From assembly GCA_033549025.1 (NCBI GenBank), contig JAWSUS010000001.1, positions 139,685-203,684 of the forward strand: a stretch of DNA of 64,000 nucleotides. The letters are read 5' to 3'. Positions 7,647 to 17,467 of the stretch are shown here, one piece after another (position 1 is the first letter of the stretch; each line of letters opens with the position of its first letter). The position numbers and the translations under genes were made by a program. The notes beneath the pieces are model-generated. The model was not told the origin of the DNA, ran no database searches, and saw only the letters and a program-made list of their open reading frames with translations. The DNA comes from Desulfuromonadales bacterium (GTDB taxonomy: Bacteria > Desulfobacterota > Desulfuromonadia > Desulfuromonadales > SZUA-540).

Positions 7647-9119
7647 TCACTCCTCACGATATTGTTGAAGTATTTTTTCAACAATATTCGTCGTGGACTT
7701 GCCGTCGACGAAGGTGATGAGCTCAACGCGGCCGCCATAGCTTTCAACGACGTCCTTGCCGACGACCTGATCGGCCTGGTAATCCCCGCCTTTGACGAGA
7801 ATATGGGGGCGGACTTCACGGATGAGTTCGAGGGGGGTATCTTCATCGAAGATAACGACGTAGTCGATGCAGTCAAGGGCGGCGAGAATATGGGCGCGTT
7901 CGTCCTGATCGATGAGGGGGCGTTTGGGCCCCTTGAGGCGGCGGATGGAGGCGTCGGAGTTGAGGCCTAAGACCAGCAGATCCCCCAGGCGTCTGGCTTT
8001 CTGCAGGTATTTGACGTGCCCGACATGGAGCAGGTCGAAACAGCCGTTGGTGAATACGACAGTACGACCCTTTTGGCGTTCGCTTTCGAGCAGGCGCTTA
8101 ACAGAGACAGCGCTACGAATTTTGAGATCGCTGTCTCTGTGCTGATGGGACAGTTCCTCAAGAATCTCTTCGGGGGAGACCGTGGACGTGCCGACCTTGC
8201 CGACGACGATGCCGGCCGCCAGGTTGGACAGACGGGCGGCCTGGTTGACGGATACCCCGGCGGCCAGACAGGCGCCAAGGGAAGCGAGCACAGTGTCGCC
8301 GGCACCGGAGACATCGAAGACCTCGCGGGCCAGGGTGGGAAAGTGCTCTTCAAGACCGTCCGGAAGAAAGAGGGTCATCCCCTCTTCGCTGCGGGTTACC
8401 ACCAGGGCGTCCAGCGCCAGCTCGTCGAAAAGCTGACGACCCGCCCGGCGTAGGCTCTGCTCGTCCCCAATGGTGATCCCAGAGGCCAACTGGGTTTCCT
8501 TGCGATTGGGGGTCAGCAGGGTGGCACCGCGGTATTTGCGGTAATCGGTGCCCTTAGGATCGATGACCACGGGGAGAGCGGCGGCTTGGCCGAGGGCGAT
8601 AATTTCCTGGACGACTCTCTCCGTGAGAACGCCTTTGAGATAATCGGACAGCAGAATCCCCTGCACGTCGGGCAGCATCTGTCGGACTTTCGCCAGCAGG
8701 CGTTCCTCTTCTGCGGTGGAGATGGGGGTACAGACCTCGCGATCGATGCGCAGCATCTGCTGGTTGCTGGCGAGGATACGGCTTTTGCGGCTGGTGGTCC
8801 GGCCCGCGTCCCAGACCAGGCCATCGACGTCGATGCGGCGCACCTGCAGCAGTTCCTGCAGCCTGCGGCCGTCGGCATCTTCCCCCAGCACGCTGGCCAC
8901 GCGCACCCGGCAACCGAGGGACAACAGATTGTTGGCCACGTTACCAGCCCCACCCAAGCGCAGGTCTTCCCCTGTGATGTTCACTATGGGAACCGGCGCT
9001 TCCGGCGAAATGCGGTCGGATTTTCCCCAGAGGTACTCATCGAGAATCAGGTCGCCGACCACTAGGATGGATAGATTTTCAAAGGATTCCAGCAGTTTTT
9101 CCGTTTCGCCGTAATTCAT
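7647..9119 (-). CDS. hldE: Bifunctional heptose 7-phosphate kinase / heptose 1-phosphate adenylyltransferase
   Basis: RISPEAPVP, GGAGNVA and DVSGAGDTV (kinase), plus FTNGCFDLLHVGH and VKGGDY (nucleotidyltransferase). Confidence 0.96.
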   Translation of the reverse strand: MNYGETEKLLESFENLSILVVGDLILDEYLWGKSDRISPEAPVPIVNITGEDLRLGGAGNVANNLLSLGCRVRVASVLGEDADGRRLQELLQVRRIDVDGLVWDAGRTTSRKSRILASNQQMLRIDREVCTPISTAEEERLLAKVRQMLPDVQGILLSDYLKGVLTERVVQEIIALGQAAALPVVIDPKGTDYRKYRGATLLTPNRKETQLASGITIGDEQSLRRAGRQLFDELALDALVVTRSEEGMTLFLPDGLEEHFPTLAREVFDVSGAGDTVLASLGACLAAGVSVNQAARLSNLAAGIVVGKVGTSTVSPEEILEELSHQHRDSDLKIRSAVSVKRLLESERQKGRTVVFTNGCFDLLHVGHVKYLQKARRLGDLLVLGLNSDASIRRLKGPKRPLIDQDERAHILAALDCIDYVVIFDEDTPLELIREVRPHILVKGGDYQADQVVGKDVVESYGGRVELITFVDGKSTTNIVEKILQQYREE

Positions 9120-9126
9120 GGTTGAT

Positions 9127-9726
9127 CTATGCACTTTCCGCAGGGGTACAAAGAGCCTCTTCCACCAGGTCACAGAGGATGTGAATGATGGTCAGGTGGG
9201 CTTCTTGAATGTAAGGGGTGTGAGCAGCGGGAACAACCAGGGCCAGATCCGTGAATTGGGCGATGGGGCCGCCGTCTTTGCCGGCAAGAGCAATCGTCGT
9301 ACAACCACGTTCCTGTGCGAGGTTAAGAGCTTTTAGAACATTGGGAGACTGACCGCTGGTGGAAATGCCTAAAACAATATCGCCTGGGGCGGCCAGGGCT
9401 TCTACCTGGCGGCTGAAAACCTCGTCAAAGCCGAAATCGTTGCCGACAGCGGTCAGGATGGAGGTGTCAGTGGTCAGCGCGACAGCCGGCAGGGCCTTGC
9501 GGTTGCGCAGAAAACGCCCCACGAATTCTGCCGCCATGTGCTGGGCGTCGGCGGCGGAACCGCCGTTTCCCATGACTAGCAGCTTATTGCCCCGGGCCAT
9601 GGCATCGATAAGAGTCAGGCCGCAGCGCCGGATATCGGGGGCCATCTGCTGCACCACCTTTTCCATGGTGCGCATATGGCCGCTCAGGTGTTCGTTGATT
9701 TTGGTAGAGATACGATCTTCAGGCAT
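9127..9726 (-). CDS. gmhA: Phosphoheptose isomerase
   Basis: GNGGSAADAQH, TAVGNDFGF, GISTSG and IQEAH motifs. Confidence 0.95.
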   Translation of the reverse strand: MPEDRISTKINEHLSGHMRTMEKVVQQMAPDIRRCGLTLIDAMARGNKLLVMGNGGSAADAQHMAAEFVGRFLRNRKALPAVALTTDTSILTAVGNDFGFDEVFSRQVEALAAPGDIVLGISTSGQSPNVLKALNLAQERGCTTIALAGKDGGPIAQFTDLALVVPAAHTPYIQEAHLTIIHILCDLVEEALCTPAESA

Positions 9727-9774
9727 GGGATTGTCTCGATGATCAGTGTTTAGATGTCGGATAAAACTCGCTTA

Positions 9775-9803
9775 ACTATACCGATTACCTCAGGAAATAA
9801 CAA
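9775..9803 (-). promoter_or_regulatory. Putative sigma70 promoter for gmhA-hldE
   Basis: Minus strand TTGTTA-N17-TATAGT. Confidence 0.5.
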
Positions 9804-9818
9804 GATAGATACTCTTTT

Positions 9819-10550
9819 TCAGCGTTTGGCATCCTCGTACCCTTGTAAGAGCTCCAGCCAATCTTCGTGGTTGAAATGGAAGTTGGGGTGACGGTTCTGG
9901 ATTTTTTTGAGGGAACGCAGCAGGCGCGCTACATTATGCTGTTTCCACGAACCGGACTTTCGGAAGCCGCCACGGTCGAAATCGATAAGGTAAACCCGCC
10001 CTTGTTCATCCAGAAGGATGTTGTTGGCGTTGAGATCGGCATGAAAGACATTGGCTTCGTGAAAGCGCCTTATGCAGCGACCGACGGCCAGCCAGACGGA
10101 TTCGGGCTGCGGGGCCTTTTTCAGCCGGTCGGCCAGAGTGCTGGTGTCGGCAAGACGCTCGGTGATCAGGTCCGCCCGATAGACGCCAAAACCCGATACC
10201 ACACTGGCTGCTACTGGCCGAGGAACCGGAAGTCCCTGGGCATAGAGCGCCGCCAGCAGACGCCATTCCCGCCAGGCGCGGGATCGTTCGGGGTGCCACC
10301 CCAGATAGTGGTCGTGAAAAAGCTTGGCGACCAGACCGCCGCGACGATAGTGCCGCAGCACCCAAGCCTGCCCTTGATAACGAAGAAAATAGGCCTCGCC
10401 CCGGCCGAGAGCTTTGCCGACCAGAAAGCCGCCTTCGGCAAGCCTTTCCGGATCGAAAATGTCGTCGGAAGGCTTTGCAATCCGCCCGGCATCGTATAGA
10501 ATATGCCGATTTCCACTTCTGACGATGCGAGGATCCAGTTCAGATGTCAT
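9819..10550 (-). CDS. kdkA: 3-deoxy-D-manno-octulosonic acid (Kdo) kinase
   Basis: GRGEAYF, VLRHYRRGGLV, GLPVPRP, FHADLNANNILL and YLIDFDRG motifs; start 10550 or 10562. Confidence 0.9.
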   Translation of the reverse strand: MTSELDPRIVRSGNRHILYDAGRIAKPSDDIFDPERLAEGGFLVGKALGRGEAYFLRYQGQAWVLRHYRRGGLVAKLFHDHYLGWHPERSRAWREWRLLAALYAQGLPVPRPVAASVVSGFGVYRADLITERLADTSTLADRLKKAPQPESVWLAVGRCIRRFHEANVFHADLNANNILLDEQGRVYLIDFDRGGFRKSGSWKQHNVARLLRSLKKIQNRHPNFHFNHEDWLELLQGYEDAKR

Positions 10551-11614
10551 TATCCCTGCCATTAATGGCTCCCCCGGAGAGCCTCTGTATTTTACGTTTG
10601 TCCGCCCTGGGCGATGTCACCCATGTGCTGCCGACCCTGCGAACCCTGCAGCAGCACTGGCCACAATGTCACATAACCTGGGTTATTGGCAAGACCGAAG
10701 CGAGCCTGGTCAACGACATCCCCGGCGTCGAATTCATCATTTTTGACAAATCCCAAGGCGTGAAGGCCTACCGGGAGCTGCACGAAAAACTCAAAAACAG
10801 GCGCTTCGACGTGCTGCTGCACATGCAGGCCGCCTTGCGGGCCAGTCTGGCCAGCCTGCTGATCCGCGCCGACATTCGCCTGGGCTTCGACCGCGCCCGC
10901 GCCACCAACGCACAGTGGCTCTTCACCAACGCCCGCATCGCCCCCCAGAAACACCAGCATGTTCTGGACGGTTTTCTGGAATTCTCCAAAGCGCTCGGAC
11001 TGGAGCCCGCTCCTCTGCGCTGGGACATCCCTATCCCCTCAGCAGCCCGAGAGGCTGCCGAAAGGATGCTGCCTGACAAACCTTTTCTGGTTGTCAATCC
11101 CTGCTCCAGCGTACGTGCCCGCAACTGGCGCAACTGGAGTGTGGGATCGTACGCCGCCGTCATCGATGATGCCTTTGAGACCCACGGCCTGCGCACCGTG
11201 CTGACAGGCGGTCCGGCCGCCAACGAAAAAGCCTATGCCGAGGCTATCGTCACTGCCTGCCGTCATACACCCGTTAACCTGGTGGGCCGCACCACTCTCA
11301 AGCAGATGCTCGCCGTGCTGGATAAAGCCACAGTCGTCATCGCTCCCGACACCGGCCCGGCACACATAGCCAATGCCCTGGGGAAAAAGGTCATCGGCCT
11401 CTATGCCACCTCGAACCCTGAGCGCACCGGCCCCTATTGTCACCGGGAACTGACGGTCAACAGATACCCTGAGGCAATTGAAGCGGAATATGGCAAAGAC
11501 GTGGAGGAACTGCGCTGGGGCAAGCGGGTTAGAAATCCGGAGGCGATGGATGATATTTCTGCTGAAATGGTTTTGATAAAAATCTCTCAGGCTATGGGCT
11601 CAAGAGTGTTGTGA
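10544..11614 (+). CDS. Glycosyltransferase family 9 heptosyltransferase (OpsX-like)
   Basis: ILRLSALGDVTH, NLVGRTTLKQ and APDTGPAH GT9 motifs; divergent from kdkA; start 10544 or 10565. Confidence 0.85.
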   Translation: MSLSLPLMAPPESLCILRLSALGDVTHVLPTLRTLQQHWPQCHITWVIGKTEASLVNDIPGVEFIIFDKSQGVKAYRELHEKLKNRRFDVLLHMQAALRASLASLLIRADIRLGFDRARATNAQWLFTNARIAPQKHQHVLDGFLEFSKALGLEPAPLRWDIPIPSAAREAAERMLPDKPFLVVNPCSSVRARNWRNWSVGSYAAVIDDAFETHGLRTVLTGGPAANEKAYAEAIVTACRHTPVNLVGRTTLKQMLAVLDKATVVIAPDTGPAHIANALGKKVIGLYATSNPERTGPYCHRELTVNRYPEAIEAEYGKDVEELRWGKRVRNPEAMDDISAEMVLIKISQAMGSRVL

Positions 11615-12684
11615 ATATCGACAACATGAAAGAACTCACCTGAAAGCCTGGCATAACGGTCGTAAACATTCTTGACGCTTTCCCCGCGCTCGGCTTTTCG
11701 GGCGAATTGGTCATCGCTGAGAGTAAAAGCATAAATCGTCAGCATATCCCCAAAAATCGCGCGACAGTTCTCCAAGGCCGATGAGAAGAAGGCCGCGAGG
11801 ATCCGCGGTCGCGGACCAACAACAGCCAACTGAAACTCAATGGGGTAGTCAAACAGCCGCACATCCCACCCTAAAGCCCGCCCAATTCGCTTGACGCGCT
11901 CCCAGTTTTCACGCCGGTGCGCCACGTAGGTTACTTTTCGGTTGGAGAAATACCGAGCTACTCTCTCTAAGTGCCAGAGATATTCCTCTTCTGACAGAAT
12001 ACTTGCTTCAACCAGGGGGCCCCCAAGAAAAAACACCGATTCTTCCAGGGGCATATCGCCAGCTTGAGCACGAAGATCCATGAAAGTGTTTTTCACTACC
12101 AGGTCTTGCGGTGGCACTTCTATCTCGTAGGCAGAAAAAAAGGTGAGCCGACCCGGCAGATTATCACGCAACCCCAAGGCAATACGTTTTAACCAAAGAC
12201 CAGCCTTTTTACTCAATCGCTGCTTTCGCCCCCACCTCCCTTGATTTCGCCAAACCGCATACTGCAAGGTCGCCGTGCCATCATCAAGCGCTACCACTTC
12301 AGAGACATCGGCAAGATTGGCGAAATGCCGCATCATCAAGTTGCCTAAATCTCCCAGAAATACATAATCGAGGCGCCCAAGTCGGCGCGCCAGGTTTTTC
12401 AGCTTGATGATACCAAAGGCGTCATTGCCCCAGATGGCGTGGCGTTCATGGCTGAGGCCGTCAGATTCTTGAATAGAGGGGTCCAATCCAACATTTACCA
12501 ATGAAACGGTACCCCCCCAGCCTGAGGTTTTCTTAACGAGAGAAAGCATTTGAGGCAGACTTTTATGATCAGCCATCAATACAAGAACACATTCACGGCG
12601 CGCAATTCCGAAATGCTGACAAGCCTCTAGGGCATTGAGAAGCTGCAGGGGGGACTTCAACAGAAATACAGCGTGATAACTCAT
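11587..12684 (-). CDS. Putative nonulosonic-acid (sialyl/legionaminyl) transferase-like protein
   Basis: Last gene of the leg-type cluster; has SPLQLLNALEA, LDDGTAT, AHRRE and FFSSAL, resembling the D/E-D/E-G, HP and SS/T motifs of bacterial sialyltransferases. Confidence 0.6.
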   Translation of the reverse strand: MSYHAVFLLKSPLQLLNALEACQHFGIARRECVLVLMADHKSLPQMLSLVKKTSGWGGTVSLVNVGLDPSIQESDGLSHERHAIWGNDAFGIIKLKNLARRLGRLDYVFLGDLGNLMMRHFANLADVSEVVALDDGTATLQYAVWRNQGRWGRKQRLSKKAGLWLKRIALGLRDNLPGRLTFFSAYEIEVPPQDLVVKNTFMDLRAQAGDMPLEESVFFLGGPLVEASILSEEEYLWHLERVARYFSNRKVTYVAHRRENWERVKRIGRALGWDVRLFDYPIEFQLAVVGPRPRILAAFFSSALENCRAIFGDMLTIYAFTLSDDQFARKAERGESVKNVYDRYARLSGEFFHVVDIHNTLEPIA

Positions 12685-12688
12685 GTTA

Positions 12689-13381
12689 TTACTTTTCAAT
12701 ACGTTTGCTAAGAAGCGCGTCGCAAATTTCCAAATCGATTTCTTCATCGATATCAAGGGAACGTGAAATCGGCATGACAAAACCAACTGTCTCTGGCGTA
12801 AGGAATGTTTTTTCGGTTCTCAGCCATCCACAATCCGCTACGTATATGGCCCCATTGAGCACCATTGTGTCAGGCAGGTCTTGACGACGGAGAATTAATT
12901 CTTTCTTTATAAGGGGATGTAACTTGGCATTGGTGTCGAGTGTATACATCCAGAAAGGACTTTTGGCAGAGGGAGAAACAGAAACACATGCAGGGGCCTT
13001 CTGCTTCGCCCAGAAGTCTATCGCCCCGTCAATATCTGCAGAAGTACGTAGTGGTGAGGTCGGCTGAAGGAGGACCACAACATCGTAACCAGAGAGGTTA
13101 TCAAGCGCATGAAGAACTGGGGCAATTCCAGGAGTATCATCGCCGGAAAGCTCAGAAGGACGCAAAAAAGGAACCTCGCAACCGTACCTGCGAGCCACTT
13201 CAATAATTTCCTCATCATCCGATGAAAGCACCACGCGATCAATATAACGCGACTTTGCAGCCGCGTCTATGGTCCAGGCAATCAGTGGCTTACCCCCAAC
13301 GTCTCGAATATTTTTGCGTTTTATTCCCTTAGAGCCCCCACGTGCAGGTATGATCGAAAGAATTTTTTTCCCGTCAATCAT
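12689..13381 (-). CDS. neuA: Acylneuraminate cytidylyltransferase (NeuA/LegF-like)
   Basis: IIPARGGSKGIKRKN, LLQPTSPLR, NGAIY and DID motifs. Confidence 0.92.
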   Translation of the reverse strand: MIDGKKILSIIPARGGSKGIKRKNIRDVGGKPLIAWTIDAAAKSRYIDRVVLSSDDEEIIEVARRYGCEVPFLRPSELSGDDTPGIAPVLHALDNLSGYDVVVLLQPTSPLRTSADIDGAIDFWAKQKAPACVSVSPSAKSPFWMYTLDTNAKLHPLIKKELILRRQDLPDTMVLNGAIYVADCGWLRTEKTFLTPETVGFVMPISRSLDIDEEIDLEICDALLSKRIEK

Positions 13382-14427
13382 CGGAACACCTTATCGTAAT
13401 CTGCCTGAGCTCGGGCAAAGTCGTCAACCCGCCCAAGATCCAGCCAGTATTCACGCAAAGGGAAAACGGCTGGTTTTCTATTATTTTTAATCATCTCGTC
13501 AAAGGCCGATGGCATGTCAAAGAATTTCCCTTGAGGGATAATCTCCAGAGATTCCGGAGATAACACATAGATTCCAGCATTAACAAAGAAACGCTGCACT
13601 GGCTTTTCCTCAATCCCCAGAAGCTGGTGTTCTTCCACCTTGGCCACTCCGTAAGGCACCTGAAAATCATATTCCCGCACGCACATCGTGCCATGAGCTT
13701 TGTGCTCTATATGAAATTCAATCAAGGAACGAAAATCTACATTGGTTAACAAATCGCCGTTCATCACAATAAATGGGTTGTTCGGACAGTGAGGCAACAA
13801 GCTAAGAGCCCCCGCCGTCCCCATCCGTTCAACCTCGTGTAGATAACGGATATTCACACCAAACCGGGAACCATCGCCAAAATAGTCGATTATTGACTCA
13901 GCAAGGTAGTTGACCGAAATGAAAATTTCCGAAAAACCTTGGTCACGGAAATTGTTAAGAATCGTCTCGAGGATAGGACGTCCACCAACCTTAAGCATAG
14001 GCTTAGGGCAGGTTTCAGTCAGGGGCATCAATCGTGTCCCCAGACCTCCTGCCATCAATACTACCCAGTTGTCACAGGACTGCTGCTCAAGCAGGTCATC
14101 GAGGACAAAAAGGGAGACGACCTGCCTGTTTTCATTGACAACCGGTACATGTTGAAGCCCTTTACTGCGCATCAACTCGCGAATCGCTTCGCGCCCGCTC
14201 CCCTCAGAGGCGGTCGTCGGCACATTGTTCATAATCGAGCGTGCAGGCTGCTTCAGGGCTACACCACGCAGAATACCTCTCCGCACATCACCATCGGTTA
14301 AGGTTCCCAGCAACCGTTGCTGGTCATCCACTATCAGGGCAATTTTCAAAGCCCCAGCGTCGATAATCTGAATGGCATCAAGGATTGTTGCGTCCTTTTG
14401 TACAAGAACCTGTTTCCAGTTTTTCAT
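13378..14427 (-). CDS. CBS-domain nucleotidyltransferase (PtmE-like sugar-1-phosphate guanylyltransferase)
   Basis: N-terminal CBS pair (GTLTDGDVRR), then LMAGGLGTRL, PKPML, GTAGAL and VMNGDLLT. Confidence 0.88.
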   Translation of the reverse strand: MKNWKQVLVQKDATILDAIQIIDAGALKIALIVDDQQRLLGTLTDGDVRRGILRGVALKQPARSIMNNVPTTASEGSGREAIRELMRSKGLQHVPVVNENRQVVSLFVLDDLLEQQSCDNWVVLMAGGLGTRLMPLTETCPKPMLKVGGRPILETILNNFRDQGFSEIFISVNYLAESIIDYFGDGSRFGVNIRYLHEVERMGTAGALSLLPHCPNNPFIVMNGDLLTNVDFRSLIEFHIEHKAHGTMCVREYDFQVPYGVAKVEEHQLLGIEEKPVQRFFVNAGIYVLSPESLEIIPQGKFFDMPSAFDEMIKNNRKPAVFPLREYWLDLGRVDDFARAQADYDKVFR

Positions 14428-15062
14428 TTCACCACCTTCGCGGGAACCCCCATCGCCTTGGCTCCAGGAGGAATGTCGCAAACAACTACCGCACCGGCAG
14501 CGACAACGGCGCCCTCGCCAACAGACACCCCCTGAATGAGAGTCGCACCGCTCCCAATATGGCACCCAGCCCCAACAAGCACTCCACCCGACATGGTTAC
14601 ACCTGGCGCAATATGGCTATGTGCAGAAATTTTACAATCATGGTCTATAGAAGCACGGGTATTGACAATGACATTTTCATCAATCTGCGCACCGGCCTGG
14701 ATTACAGCACCGGCCATCACCTGAACCCCTTCAGCACACTGAGCATGTTGTGATACGGCAGATAACGAGTGAATAACACTACGAAAAGAGAACCCTTGTT
14801 GACGAAAACGAAAAAATATATCCGTGCGCAGACGTGGCAGAGTGACCGAACCTATTGCATTAACCAAAGCAACATCCCCTGGCGGGTAATCGGCCAGTAA
14901 TTCATCATTGCCGAGCACCCGGCACCCAAGCAAACTGGTTCCCGTCAAAAGGGGGTCTGGATCGAGGATACCAAGAACCTTAACGCGCATCAGCAACAGT
15001 GCGTCGATCAAAACCTTAGCGTGACCACCTGCACCGATAATGACAACAGGCTTGCTTTTCAT
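14424..15062 (-). CDS. NeuD/PglD-family hexapeptide-repeat acetyltransferase
   Basis: IIGAGGHAKV, IDHDC, hexapeptide repeats and GVPAK. Confidence 0.9.
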   Translation of the reverse strand: MKSKPVVIIGAGGHAKVLIDALLLMRVKVLGILDPDPLLTGTSLLGCRVLGNDELLADYPPGDVALVNAIGSVTLPRLRTDIFFRFRQQGFSFRSVIHSLSAVSQHAQCAEGVQVMAGAVIQAGAQIDENVIVNTRASIDHDCKISAHSHIAPGVTMSGGVLVGAGCHIGSGATLIQGVSVGEGAVVAAGAVVVCDIPPGAKAMGVPAKVVK

Positions 15063-16138
15063 AATTCAATTAATTCATCCGGTTGAAAGTCCCTAGACGC
15101 CACCCTCCCAATAAGCTCCCAATAATTCATGGGACTTAACCCCTTTCCAGGTCGCTTCACCCCAAGATTATCCTCAGAAAAAACCTCCCCCGCTCTGATG
15201 GCACACCGAGCAACTAAACTCTTGCGCGCCACCTCCATGTTTTTCCTTTCACTGATCGTCGGAGCTTTCACAGCCTCTCCGAGAGCCTGTTCGACTTGGC
15301 GGATTCCTCGCACCATGTTTGCGAGTTCCTGCGGTTCCAGCGATGCTTTGTGATCTGGACCAGGAAGTGACCGGTCTAATGTAAAATGCTTTTCAACAAC
15401 CTTGGCCCCTCGCGCAGCTGCCGCAATGGCTACCGCTACACCTTCGGTGTGGTCGGAAAAGCCAACCGGTAGTCCGAAGGCCTTCGATAATGCCTCCATA
15501 GCCCTAAGGTTGACTTCCGCATACGGCGCTGGATACTCAGTTGTACAGTGCAATAATGTTACCTTTTCACGCAAAACGTGCTGGCCTTCTGCAGATTTAA
15601 AAGCGTCCTCAAAATCGCGTACACCATTCGGGATAGAATCATACAGCAGACCATAGGCCAAGACACCCAGCGCCGCAGTAACGTCCGCCAGAGTACACAT
15701 TCCGGTAGAAACAATCAAAGGACGACGGAACTGGGCAACCTTCAATAATAGGGGTGCGTTGGTTACTTCACCGGAAGGAACTTTGATAATCGGCATATCA
15801 AACATTTCTACCAGCATTTCAGCACTGCCCGCATCGAAAGGAGTTGAGAGAAACTGGATCGCACAATTTTGGCAGTGAGCAACCAGATTGGCGTGGGCTT
15901 GAGCATCGAGTTCAAGACGGGAAATCATCGTCCACTGACTCTCTTCCGCACCAGTGGAATCGATCTGATATGCGGCTTTTGGTGCTCCCGCAATGATTAG
16001 TTCTGCTGCCTTGAACGTTTGGAACTTAACGGCATCCGCTCCAGCCTCGGCGGCAACCTCGACCAGGCGTTTTGCCATTGCAAGAGAGCCGTTATGGTTT
16101 ACTCCTGCTTCAGCGATAATATAACAGCGATCAGTCAT
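15059..16138 (-). CDS. neuB: Nonulosonic acid synthase (NeuB/LegI-like)
   Basis: IIAEAGVNHNG, AVKFQTF, LHCTTEYPAP, GFSDHT, EKHFTLD and a C-terminal SAF domain. Confidence 0.94.
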   Translation of the reverse strand: MTDRCYIIAEAGVNHNGSLAMAKRLVEVAAEAGADAVKFQTFKAAELIIAGAPKAAYQIDSTGAEESQWTMISRLELDAQAHANLVAHCQNCAIQFLSTPFDAGSAEMLVEMFDMPIIKVPSGEVTNAPLLLKVAQFRRPLIVSTGMCTLADVTAALGVLAYGLLYDSIPNGVRDFEDAFKSAEGQHVLREKVTLLHCTTEYPAPYAEVNLRAMEALSKAFGLPVGFSDHTEGVAVAIAAAARGAKVVEKHFTLDRSLPGPDHKASLEPQELANMVRGIRQVEQALGEAVKAPTISERKNMEVARKSLVARCAIRAGEVFSEDNLGVKRPGKGLSPMNYWELIGRVASRDFQPDELIEL

Positions 16139-16280
16139 TTAACCCACCTTGATCACGCTCATTGCGTCACTTCAAGATTAAAGGTTCAACCCCGCAGATG
16201 CAGTCAAAACTGCGGCAGAGTAATATGGTGCCAACACCCAAAGAACCTATTTAGCGGATGCTGAATAATAAAATTGATTA

Positions 16281-17441
16281 CTAAAAATCAAAAAATGATT
16301 TTTTAATCAATTCTGCCTCAAGACCGATCTCACAAAGTACCTTGGCTATTCGAGGGGATGAGTCGCCGTCACCGTATGGGTTCACCGCCATACTACAATC
16401 GAGGACCACGGCATGCTCGATAGCAGCCCTTATAGCCTCACAGTGAGGTTCACAATTGATCACAGATGACGCCTGTAGTCGCCCTTTCTGGCGGTCTCCT
16501 ATATTGACCGTAGCCGTGTGCAACGAAGGGGCCTCATAAAGACCACTCGACGAATTACCAACCACGACATCAACTAACGCTAAGACACTGAGGTAACGCA
16601 ATTGCCCCAGAGAAGTATGAACGGTGGAGTTGTCGTGAAGCACAACGAACTCGTCAATCATGGCATTTAGGACCCGTCCATCAGTATCCGCATTGGGACG
16701 AGTGAAGATGAAACCGTAATCGTCACCAAAAGTAGAGAGAGCCATTAACAATTGTGTAAACTGTTCAGATGGAGCCTTTTCCTCAAGAGTGGCCGGATGG
16801 AATGTAATCAACAAATTACGTTCCCGAAAAGAAAAACCAAGGGCTGCCTCCAGTTCGGGCTTCCTTAGCAATTCTAATCGTTTAATCTGGTCAATTCCGG
16901 GGCTTCCAACATTAAATATAAATTGAGGGTTTTCACCGAGTTGACGTACCCGCCTAGCCGCCGAATCATTGGTCACGAAATGAAGATGGGACATTTTAGT
17001 AATGCTATGCCGTATAGCCTCGTCCATGGCTCCCTCTGTCGTATCTCCACCTGCGATGTGCGCTACAGGAATTCTGCGAGGGAGGGCGGCCTGAACGGCT
17101 GCAAGAATTTCGAAACGATCCCCTAGGACCACGAGCAGATCAGGTACTAGGCTTTGATAAGCATCTGCGAACCCAATTACACCGAGTCCCATTGACTTGG
17201 CAATACCAATGGGCGAGTCGCTTGAGAGAAGCATTTCGACCTTGGCATCGATTCTAAAACCATCATCCTCGATCTGTCGGTAGGTCAATCCAAACTCAGG
17301 GGAAAGATGCATTCCGGTTGCGATCACCTGCAATTCACAACGATCATCAAAATGCAATTCCTTGAGCAGCCAAAAAAGAAGACCGTAGTCAGCTCGTGTT
17401 CCCGTCACCACGCAGATTTTTCTCTTATTCATTCGTGACAC
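16281..17441 (-). CDS. neuC: Hydrolysing NDP-sugar 2-epimerase (NeuC/LegG-like)
   Basis: VVTGTRADYG, TGMHLSPEFG, LGDRFE, DEAIRHSITK and VGNSSSG; start 17441 (GTG) or 17432. Confidence 0.93.
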   Translation of the reverse strand: MSRMNKRKICVVTGTRADYGLLFWLLKELHFDDRCELQVIATGMHLSPEFGLTYRQIEDDGFRIDAKVEMLLSSDSPIGIAKSMGLGVIGFADAYQSLVPDLLVVLGDRFEILAAVQAALPRRIPVAHIAGGDTTEGAMDEAIRHSITKMSHLHFVTNDSAARRVRQLGENPQFIFNVGSPGIDQIKRLELLRKPELEAALGFSFRERNLLITFHPATLEEKAPSEQFTQLLMALSTFGDDYGFIFTRPNADTDGRVLNAMIDEFVVLHDNSTVHTSLGQLRYLSVLALVDVVVGNSSSGLYEAPSLHTATVNIGDRQKGRLQASSVINCEPHCEAIRAAIEHAVVLDCSMAVNPYGDGDSSPRIAKVLCEIGLEAELIKKSFFDF

Positions 17442-17467
17442 AAAATCACCAGTTTCCTCACCAGAGG

